Assembly (NCBI RefSeq): GCF_006345805.1
Contig: NC_043012.1
Location: 3,224,001-3,288,000 of the forward strand
Reading direction: 5' to 3'
DNA from: Octopus sinensis
Taxonomy: Eukaryota
Length of the DNA: 64,000 nt
Both the position numbers and the translations under genes were made by a program. Shown piece by piece: positions 25,786 to 36,500 of the stretch (positions within the stretch are counted from its first letter, which is position 1; each line of letters opens with the position of its first letter). Below the pieces are notes generated by a model. That model was not told the DNA's origin. It ran no database searches and worked only from the letters and a program-made list of their open reading frames with translations.

Positions 25786-25994
25786 GATGAATAAAGATAA
25801 GGAACAATTCTTTACAAAAATGAAGATATTAGGATGGGCAATGATGTACAAGGGAAAGTGTCTTTTGAAGGAGCTCAATGAAACAGTTATGCATACAATT
25901 TCTTGTACATTGTGAGGACATTATTATACAGACTAAGCTAAAGTTCTAGATAGGTTTATAGGGAAGTTGCTGTGCTTTTCATATTTTCAGCCAT

Positions 25995-26273
25995 TCAGTT
26001 TGGAGGGAACTTTGTTATGAAGTATTGTTCCATATTTTTTCTGAAGAAGGTGTCATTCCTTGGGCATTTATAAAAGGGAAATATCTTGAATTTTCCTTCT
26101 CCACATGTTTCTAAGTGTTTACTCAGTGGAATCTTTCGCAGTTCCTCCTGTTGGACATGTTGTTGGTGAATTCTGGCTCATTGACATAAAGAATTTCCAG
26201 TTTTGCATATATAATTCTCCTTGCATATGGCACAGGTTATGCTGTATATTATGTTCTGCGTCTTGCAATTCAT
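25995..26273 (-). mobile_element. Penelope-like GIY-YIG endonuclease relic (one in-frame stop)
   Basis: Manual translation: MNCKTQNIIYSITCAICKENYICKTGNSLCQ*ARIHQQH...KHLETCG...EQYFITKF. Confidence 0.75.
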
Positions 26274-26314
26274 GTCTGCATTTACTTTGAATGTGTAACC
26301 ACTCTTATATTTTA

Positions 26315-26880
26315 TTCATATCCCACATGAGGCATGTGGGATATGAAATGTTATAGCAAAATCAGTGCTGGCTATATTTTCTACAGAAAATCTGTGGAGA
26401 TAACCTTAAGTGATGTAGTAGCACTGCTAACACAGTAGAACACAGCATTGACTTATCAAAATGTTTAATATACTTTGTAGTATATTATGGTTGCATAATG
26501 AAATATGGTGTGCCCACAGATCATTACTGTTCATATTTAGCTGATGAGACACAAAACTCTAATGTATTAGAATATTTATTTTATCAGATCTTAATAATGC
26601 CCAAATATTCTCACTGAGATCCATTATAGATTATTGCTCACATATCAAATATGGTGCTGGTACTACTACACACACACATATATAGACATCCTAAACATTG
26701 TCCACAAAAAGGTCACCCAACTCACAAGCAGACTCCAGCCTCTGAAGCAAAGACATGCTGAGTTATATTCGTCAGCTTTTCCTTTTGCTACTAAAATGAT
26801 TCTTGCTTCTTTGAGCAAGTTAGGCTCATACTATCTCCTCTGAGCATTTCTGATTTACTCATTTATTTTTCTCTCTTTTC
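26315..26880 (+). repeat. Third copy of a CYP intron-9 segment (8152-8705 / 50120-50685) in the spacer
   Basis: Near-identical sequence; ORF 26634-26843 matches 50162-50371 and 8466-8819. Confidence 0.9.
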
Positions 26881-26884
26881 CTGC

Positions 26885-28400
26885 CCAACTCCAGGAGGGT
26901 GGGGGTAAATGTTGGGTATGTAGGTGTGGATGGCATGGGATGGGGAAGGATCGGAAAGGTGGGGGTTGAAATGTTTAGGAGTGGGGTGGGCTTACGAGGG
27001 AGGGGTGACGATGAAGGGAGAAAGGAGAAGGTGGGTAGGAGTGAAGAGAAGAAAGAAGGAGAGTAGGAGTGAAGAGAAGTAGGAGTTGGTGTAAGAGAGG
27101 AGAGGTGGGTGGGAGGATGTAGCTGTGAGGGGGAGAGAGACGAGGGGAGGTTAGATGAAGAAGGGAGGAGAGTTGAGCCCATGTGGCGTAAAGGAGTGAA
27201 GAGAGAAGATTAATCCCTGTTCACGGCTCAAGCGGGAGTCTGGATGGCCCCTATACAAGGGCAGTCTGAATATGGACAGGTGTTGCAAAGAATGACCAGC
27301 AGAGCGGAAATGATGTGAGACCGTGGTGTCATTGCTGAGTCGGGTGTCTCGGAGGTGTGCCACGAACCAGTCAGCCAAGCGGTGTCCCGTTTGCCCAATG
27401 TATAGAGAATGGTAGAGAGAGCAGGGGATGCAGTAGATGATATTGGTAGAAGTGCAGGTGAAGGAGTCGGTGATGTGATAGGGTCAATGATGGGTGCCAG
27501 TGAGGAGGGTGGTGTTGGAGAGGTAAGGGCAAGTGCGGCAGCGTGGGCGAGAGCAGGTGAACGAGCCGGGTTGGGAGGTTGGGTTAGGGAAGAAGCTGTG
27601 AACCAAGAGTTCTCATAGGTTGTGGCTCGTTTGAAGGAGGGGAGGGGTCGGTTAGAGAAGATGTGCTAAGTCGAGGGGTCAGACTGGAGTCGCCAGAAAG
27701 CTCGGAGAATGGTGCGTTGGAGAGGTAGGGTGGTGGAGTGGTAGGTGACTGGAAATGCGAGGCAGGAGATGGCGGGGCGGGTTCGGTGGGAGAGTGCAGA
27801 TGCATGGTCCATGGAACTTGCTCTGGCAAGGGCGGTGTGAATAGTGGTGAGGGGATATCCACGTAGGATGAAGTGGCAAGCCATGAGTTGAGACTGAGTC
27901 TCAAAGTCATGGTCATCACTACAGAGCCTACGTAGATGGAGGAATTGGGAATAAGGGGTGGAAAGTTTGGTGTGTTTAGGTTGGGAGGAAGAGAAGTTGG
28001 GGTATGAGTGTGAGTCTGTGTGTTTGTAGTGGATGGAGGTGGTGAGAGTGGAGTGATAAATGCTGCCTGAAATGTCAAGAAAGGAAACAGAGATGTAAGA
28101 GATAGTGCAGGAGAAGTGGGGGGCAGGATGGAAAGATTTCTCAAAAGAGATGAAAGAGTCTAGATGTTCGTAGGAGAGTGAGGTCACATCGATACAGTCG
28201 TCAAGAGTAGGACCAGTGAAACTTGAGAATATTTGGACCTCAACGTAGCCAACGAACAGATTCACATAGTTGGGGTCCATTCTCGTTCCCATGGCCACTC
28301 CCGAAATCTGCTGGTAAAAATCACCCACGAACGAGAAGCAGTTAAGTGAGAGGACAAGTTTAATGCTTTTAATGTGGCACCAGCACTGGCAGAGTAACCA
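26885..28400 (-). mobile_element. Penelope-like retroelement 3' half (RT C-terminus + GIY-YIG), frameshifted
   Basis: YQQISGVAMGTRM...LDDCI...FLDI; LYIGQTGHRLADW...HF. Confidence 0.88.
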
Positions 28401-30708
28401 AGTAACTCACAAGATAAGGAATTATGAGAGGAGCAGGGGCATTTGAGGAGGGGAACTTGTGTCAGAAGATGAAAGGTTAGAGTGTGACAAAGAGACAGAG
28501 ACAGACAGAAGCAGGTGTCTTGCCATGACGGAATGGACATTAAAGGAGGTGATTTAGTATCAGATGATGAAAGGTTAGAGTGTAACAGGGAAATAGAGAG
28601 GCAGATATAGGTGTCTTGCTATAGAAGAGGTACATGGTTACCCAGTGAAAGAGAGAGAAAGAAAAAGAGGGAGAGAGAGAGAGAGAGAGGGGGTACAAGA
28701 AAGAGGCTAGAAACAAGTGTGCTGATGTAAAGGAGATACTTGCTTACCTTGTCAGAGGAAAAACAAGAGGAGAGAGTGACCACAGGGAAATAGAGAGAGA
28801 GAGAGAGAGAGAGTATATGTGTGTGTGTGTGTGTGTGTAAGAGAGAGTAGGAGAGAGATGGTGAAGTGCTAGGGTGTACTTACAAGTAACAAGAATATGA
28901 GTGTAGAACCGGGTTGGAAAAATAGGGTGTGGGTGTGGGTGTGGGGGGTTTGGGGAGCAGTGATACTCTGAGCAGGGCAGTGAGGGCAAGAAATGGGATT
29001 GGAATGCAGTCATAATTTATGAAGAGGAAATGTGAGGAAGAGAAAGATGCAGTTAGAAGAGGAGTTGTAGTTTGATTTCTTAGGGTATATATATATACAC
29101 AGTCTTAATCTTTCAATCTACCAAATTCCACTCAGATGGTATTGGTCTACTCCAGGCTAAAGATATCATACAGGCATCAAACCCAGAATTATGTGATTAC
29201 AAAGCAAAAATCTAAACCACAAAGCCATATTTGAACTTATTATGTACAGAGATGGACATTAAAACTCACCTTCTTTCTTTCTTTCTTTATTTCTTTATTT
29301 ATGGATTTTGTATGAAATCTATACCTTTAGTATAAATAGGCTGTCATAAGTTGAATAGTTTATATATTTTCACATGGTATGTTTGTGTTGGTAGTCATTG
29401 GCATTTTAAAACTAGACTATAGAAGCTATAGTTACATACATGCACACACACACACACACACACAATCATACAGATACATTTTAGATTAGACTCCCCATGT
29501 TCAGTCCATTGCAGGATGAAGGCCTCAGCATCTTCTCTCCACCAACCATAGTCTGATGTGTAAGCCATGAATTGGAGCTTGAGATCATGCTGGTTTGATA
29601 GCTTACTCATCTTAACGCCCCCTCCCCTAGCGCCCCTTTGCTCCAAAATGCTCCCTCAAGTTCCAAATGGCCTCCTTTGAAAACCTTTGGTCTAAATCAA
29701 GTGAAAAACCAAACAACAGAAATTGTGTTAAAAATTGTTCCCCAGTGTAATCTAAGACATTCCATTTATGACCACCTCATTCAGAAAATGGAAAAACTGT
29801 AACCTTATTATTTAACTACTCTATTGTTTTTCTTAACATAGATGGAAATTTGAGAGACCTCGATACTATTTCTGACAGGTCAAAGATCTCTCGAACGTTT
29901 ACCTTGGCTTTTATTATATTTGATATTTGAATTTTAAAAACATACTTTTGCCGTCTACTATATTTTCTCGTATGTTAAATTTCCTCTCCTATCTCTAATC
30001 TCTCTCTCTCTCTCTTCTGTCATTTAATATCTGCTAAACTCCACCTTCCTTTAATTTTCTTATTTGCAGATTCTTTGACCTGCCACCGTCTATATCAGTA
30101 TATAATATTATTTAGATAACATTAAGCAGTTCAGGTCACAACATTCTTTACTACGTTGGAGGACAAAAAAAAAAAACTCGCTTTGCAAATATACCGTAAT
30201 TTTAATCACGTAAGTTGAATCACAATTAAATTACTATGAAAAAGAAAAAGAAAGGGGAGGGTTTTAAATGGCTGGGTGGAGTGACGGGTTGTACATCGCT
30301 TAACAAATTGCGAGTTAAGCTACGCCCTTAAATTGTTACTGGTTTTTTAATTTAATTTTTAGTGAACGTCTGCAAAAGTAACTCGCAATATCCATTATCG
30401 CTTTTTAACGTTCTGAATTCAAATCAAGCCCTGTTTAACAGTAAATTTCCAGGTTCGATAAATTGAGATACCAGTCAAGTATTGAAGTCGTTTATATTAC
30501 TTACCTCTTCTCCATAAAATCGCTAGCCTTCTGCTTAAATTAGAAATACTTCAGTAGCAATCTTTTTTTCTTTTTCATCCGATATTATTTTGACTTTTCT
30601 TTGATGTTAACTTTATTACAGCCGACATTAGTTATATGATGAAAACAGTTGTGTAGTTAGCTTTTCTATATTGATTTTGACAGTCGTTCATCAGCAAATT
30701 CTAAGACA

Positions 30709-30779
30709 ATGGATACCCTCAGCTTCTTTACTATACCGAATTGTGTTCTCCTCTCAATTGTTCTTCTGCTATTATATAT
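30709..30779 (+). CDS. CYP right exon 1 (MDTLSFFTIPNCVLLSIVLLLLY)
   Basis: ATG, hydrophobic anchor, AT|gtaagt donor, 71 nt; joins exon 2 in frame. Confidence 0.9.
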
Positions 30780-31869
30780 GTAAGTAAATTTATCAACTTT
30801 TTATACAGACAAAAATTACACAAACTTCGAATTGTAAAATCTTTTACCAACTAAATTACTAAAATATTTATACTAACGTTATTACTAAAACATTTGTATT
30901 CTCATTACGACTAAAGTTTCTATACTCACTATGACCATTTTTAAATATCAATTAATTGTTTATACTTATAAGCTAATTTAAAAGCTAATTTATTAAAATG
31001 TTCTAAGAGTTAATTCTATGAGTTCACTTTCTACACACTTTTGTCCACCTCTTACTGCAATGCACGACAGAATACGGAGTTTACGGGCAAATTTCATTCC
31101 AAGATAAAAGACATTTCTCTCCAATAGGTCTCTAACGCTATTAGTAAGGACATATTGCGGCACTCAAGAGTCTATGCTCTCTGCGCTTATGTCTTCGTTG
31201 ACATCTTCTCCAATTGTCAATTCCTCTTGTATCAACATCTCACATCATCAGTACGCTATGTGCCTTTGTTTATACAGTAGAACCTCGCAATACGAGTGCC
31301 CCATTGTATGAGTAATTTGCTGTACGAGCCGAGACTCGAGCGAAATTTTGTCTTGAACTACGAGCAAACAAATCGTCCCATCTTTAAGGTAATTCAGTTA
31401 ATAAGACCAGTTTACATATTTCTTTTGCATTCTCTTTTTTATAATTGTCATTTTGCTTGTAACTACACCTTCTCTGTTTTAACAACTCATAAAAAAATTA
31501 TTTTTGAGTAGTTTTGGGGGTTCTGGAACAGATTAATTATATTTTAGTTAATTTCAATGGGGAAAATTGATTTGTAAAGCGAGTAAATCTTAAGACGTGC
31601 TCGGTCATGGAATGAATTAAGTTCGTACTGCGAGGTATCACTGTATATACATTTTTTGTAACACTTGAGCATTTGAAAGTGTTGAACTTGTTCCAATTTA
31701 TAAAATTTATTTTCTAAATCATACGACATGAATTGGAGCCGCTTATTTATTTTTTGTATTCATCTTGTAACTTAATGAAACAGTATGAAATGTTCTGGAT
31801 TAATCAACCCCGCCTCTACTTTGTTGCTATAACAACGTCTCTACTGAGTTGTTCTGAAGAAAGAGAGGT

Positions 31870-31900
<31 letters not shown>

Positions 31901-33522
31901 TCATGATGTGTGGGAGAAAATAGAAACCCACAGTAAGCGGAGACATACTGGAAACATCGGGAGACTGTTGGGATAGTCTGTGAAGGACAGCCTAAGACTT
32001 GGCGATTATAGTACCAATAGGTGGAAATACACCAATACCAGGGGCAGGAGTGCAAAGGATCCTTGGTTCAACTGAGGAGGGTCGTTGGGTGAAGGCAGTA
32101 GGACTTGCTCACCAGGGTCAATGGATGCAGTGGGACCAGACACTCAAATGTCCACTGCCTTGGAAGGAACTCTGGAACACTGACCAAGGAAGATTGGCCT
32201 ACTTCCCTCGTGCTGTCACTGATCTCTTGCCAACCTCAAACTATCTTAAAATATGGAATAAAGAAAAAGACTCATTCTGCAAGCAGTGCGGGGCAACTCT
32301 TTGCACTTTGAACCACATTTTGACCGGATGCTCTAGGGCTTTGGGAAACATGACAAGGTTCTTGCAGAAATCGTATAGTGGACTTATATGCAAAGGGTGA
32401 AGGCTAATAAACACCACCCACCTCCAAAAAAGGGTACCAAATTCCTAAAGATAGGTGACGAATATCATAAGACGAAAGCAATGAAAGGCGCCTTGTTTGC
32501 CATTTTGCGTTAAGCATCAGACTGGGAGATGCAAGTTGGCCCGAGGGGTAGACTTGTTTTTCGAGAAGAGATAGTGGTAACCTCACCTCAACCAGAGATG
32601 TTCTTGCTCTGCAAGTTCCTGCATCGTGGTCGAACTTACAGTGCCCTGGGAGGACAGACTCGATATTTCCCACCAAGTAAAGAAATCGAAATGTCTGGAC
32701 TTAGATAACAAGGCTTTGTCAAGGGCTGGCTTGCAGCCTTATTTCCACTGAAATCGGCTGCCGCAGCTTTCCATGTTGGTCGGTCTGCTATTTCCTGCAG
32801 AAAATAGGTCTGAGACCCAGACAACTAAAGAAAGCCATCGAAGAAACAGGCACATCTAAAACTAGAACAAGATAGCTATAGCTGATAAGAGACCGCAAGT
32901 GAAACCCTTCGGTAGGTGCTCTGCTCAGATGAAGGTTACCGGCAGAGGGGTCAGCTAATTGCTTCACAACGTGCGGATTCGTTATTTTTTTCTTTTTACC
33001 TGCGTAAAAAAGTGTGTTACTATCTGGGAGATCTTTACGGTAGCAGAAAAGGAATTTTTACTCCTATTTCTAAATTCGGTGCGTTGTGAAGGAATTAGCT
33101 ATTATAGAATATTTGTGTGTGTATATATATATATATACAAAATTAGAAAATGGAGAAACATACTTAAATTAATCAAACATCAACCATCAGATAATACCCA
33201 ATCAATACTTTATTACACCATTACATAACAGCAAAGGCATTATACAAAATATATTGTAAATATAATTAGACAAGGAAATAGAAATATAAAATATAAAATA
33301 TAATATATAATTATATCATATCTGACAGCTGTTTCGGCCGTGAGGACAAGTATGCCTCATTTAACCTATAAGCCATATAAGGCAGGTATAAATGAGACAT
33401 TAACAAGGATGTCCCACGGCCTCTTCAGAGAATTTAATTTATTATAAGTGTGAAAAATTTTTTTTACATATAAATATAAAAATATAAAATATAAAAACGT
33501 GTGCATAGACACTCATAATTCT

Positions 33523-33561
<39 letters not shown>

Positions 33562-36500
33562 ATAATACAATATAAACAAAATAAACAAAATATATCAATA
33601 TACATTCACAAACACAGTTATTCTACATATTGGACTCCTAGTTCCATAATATATATATATATATATATCGCTTTTGGAAAAGCATAAATCCGGAGAAGCA
33701 CACTCTAAGAAATAGAGCAGTCTATATTTTATCACTGGTGAAGGCCGGTTTATGGGGGTTTCCTGGGTTTCCCGTCCATAAAGGGTTTAACTCTATGGCA
33801 TATCGTCAGACCCCAAGGCCTGTTGGCCTAAAACCCCTATCCAAGGTAACCCCATAAACCGGCCTTCACCACTGATAATATATGAGGGGGGGGGGGTTAT
33901 TTGTTATGAAAGAGAGATCTTTGTAAGAAAAAAAAATGAGAGAGAAAGAAATATAATGAAAGAGAGAAAGACGCAGTAGAGGGCAGAAAGAGAAAGAGAA
34001 AAACTGAGAGTAGATTTGTAGACAACATGTTTTAAAAAACACAGACGCAGTTTAAGGAAAGGGAGAGAGAGTAAGCAAGAGAAAAGTATTATAATATATT
34101 TGAAAGTTCATTCTGCATTCATAAGCGTGTAACGAACTTAGTGTGATGTGTATCTTCTCTTGTACTTTCGGGGTACAAGAAAGCAATCACTAGCCGTTGC
34201 TTTAATAATACAGATTCTCTACCAGTCAGAAACAACAAGACGCAGACGTAAAATATATATATACTACTTTATTCTCTTTCTTGGTAACAATAACAATAAG
34301 TGGTTATCTGATGTCCTTGGTTTGGGGCGCGCAAGGCTGAAAGTTAATCGATTGTAATATTTACAATATTCAGCCGCTAAAACCAGAACGGGTTCAAGAT
34401 GGCGTCGAAACAGGGAAGTTGAATGTGGTCGGCAACAATTTGGTTAAAGGCATTCGGCCGACTGCTGCTAGAATCAAGTCCTGACGGAGAGAGAATATAC
34501 GTGACCGTTGCCTTCGATAGCCATGTCTCAAAGTCCCCGCTGACTGCTGCTAGTGGTCAAACGTTCTAACTGCTACGTAGGCAATAGGGTTCTTCTTCCG
34601 GTACTTCGCACATGCGCGAGAGGGCCCTTCCTCTCTCTGCCTTGGTAAAGGCACCAACATGCGCGAAATACAAATGGACGGTGCGCGAGCGCGCGCCGTT
34701 ATAGTGTCACTACAAGCGTAACTGATCTCATTTTACACATAACAAAATGCAATGTGTTTCACATCGGTCAACGTTGCAGAGAGAAGTAAAGCAACAATCG
34801 GAGCATTCAGTGCAGGCGAACTGTAGCAAGATGTTTACAAAATTGTTGTGCAAACTGTAATCGTAAATAATATTTATTTTAAAAATTTCACACATACGCA
34901 CACACGCGCTTATATATATATATATATATATGTATATATAACAAGTAAGTGTATTATTTTGACGCTCGGGAAAACTGAAAAAGTCTTTTATGTATATCTA
35001 TATAAATAAAACTGAGAATGTCTGTCTGTCCGTATGTATGTGTGAATCCCTAAAACTCGAGAACTACTCAACCGATTTCATTCAAATTTTACATATGCAT
35101 TACTTAGAGTCTGCTTTTTGCCTAATGCGGGCCCAGAGCAATCTCTTAGACTGGCTCGGTATTACGAGATGGGATATAATATTGTTTCACTTTTAATTCT
35201 AATGTGATAACACTAAGATCATATTTTTTTACACATATATCGTTCAATTAACAGTTAATAATTATCACCGCTGTTCCAAGGTTGCAAGATATTTATAGTT
35301 ACATATTAACCCTTAGATTAACGTTTAATACCTGTACTTAATCCATATATATAAGAATTCTTTGTCTCTCTGCCTCTCTGTCTGTTCCCAATGCATTCTC
35401 AAACGGCTCCACCAAATCATATTAGTGTCAATATGTAATTTTTTTCATTAAAACAATCTTTCTATAGTCAAATGTAGTACAGCACATTTTATACCACGAC
35501 GATGACGACAACGTCACATTTTGTATATGAGTGTATGTCTGTCAATGTATGAGTGCGCATGTGTCTGTCAGTGTGTATGTGTGTTTCAGCAATCGACAAC
35601 GTCACATTTTGTATATGAGTGTGTCTCTGCGTTAGGTACGTTATTCAACACACATACATATACATATGTGACGACTGGCATGCATGAATGTATGTGTCTC
35701 TCTTACTATATGTATGTGATTGTATGTGAGAGTGTGTGTGTGTGTATCGTCACATTTTGCATATGAATGTGTATGTATCTATGAGTGTGTTTGCACGCCT
35801 GTTACGTATGTAATCAAGACCTGGGATGAGGTGGTGAAGCACGACCTTCAAACATTGGGCCTTAGTGAGGCAATGACTAGTGACCAAGACCTTTGGAGAT
35901 ATGCTGTGCCTGAGAAGACGCAACAAACCAAGTGAGATCATAGCCCACGGCATATGCCAATGGGTGTAACCAACCCACTTATGAATACTCTCATTCATTA
36001 GATAATAAACTTTGCTTGCGAAGACCTATTGAGGCAAGTGTAATCAAGATCTAAATCGCTGACGTGGCCGATGGCAGTACCGCCTGATTGGCACTCATGT
36101 CAGTGAAACGTTAAAAGCATATCCGAACGTGGGGTGTAACCAGCCCACTTATAAGTACACCTCATTCATTGGACAATGAACTTTGCTTGCAAAGATTTTT
36201 GAGGCAAGTGTAAACAAATCTAAATCGCTGACTTGGCCGATGACAGTACTGACTGCTTGGCACTCGTTGCCAGTGGAACATTAAAAGCACATCCAAACCT
36301 GATCGTTGCCAGGGCCACGAATTGGCTCCCGTACCGGTGACACATGAAAAGCACCATTCGAGCATGATCACTGCCAGCGTTGCCTTACCGGCACATGTGC
36401 TGGTGGCACGTGAAACACAACATTCATGCAGGGTCTTTGCCAGTGCTGCTGGACTGGCTCCTGTGCGGGTAGCACATAAAAACACCTTTTGAGCATGGTC

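Noticed and set aside
25616-25915. ORFs with YIYIYI runs (also 33499, 35521, 51080, 55773)
   Set aside because: Microsatellite translation artefacts.
26859-28144. Pro/Ser/Thr-rich ORFs (107 aa, 186 aa)
   Set aside because: Low-complexity or alternative frames of the Penelope element.
31105-31150. Alternative CYP exon 1 ending CTATTA|gtaagg
   Set aside because: Joining to exon 2 creates TAA; the 30709-30779 exon gives ATG, a TM anchor and the right phase.
34397-34423. aagATGGCG as the start of a nested protein gene
   Set aside because: Stops after 7 codons with no donor site; kept only as a YY1-like motif.
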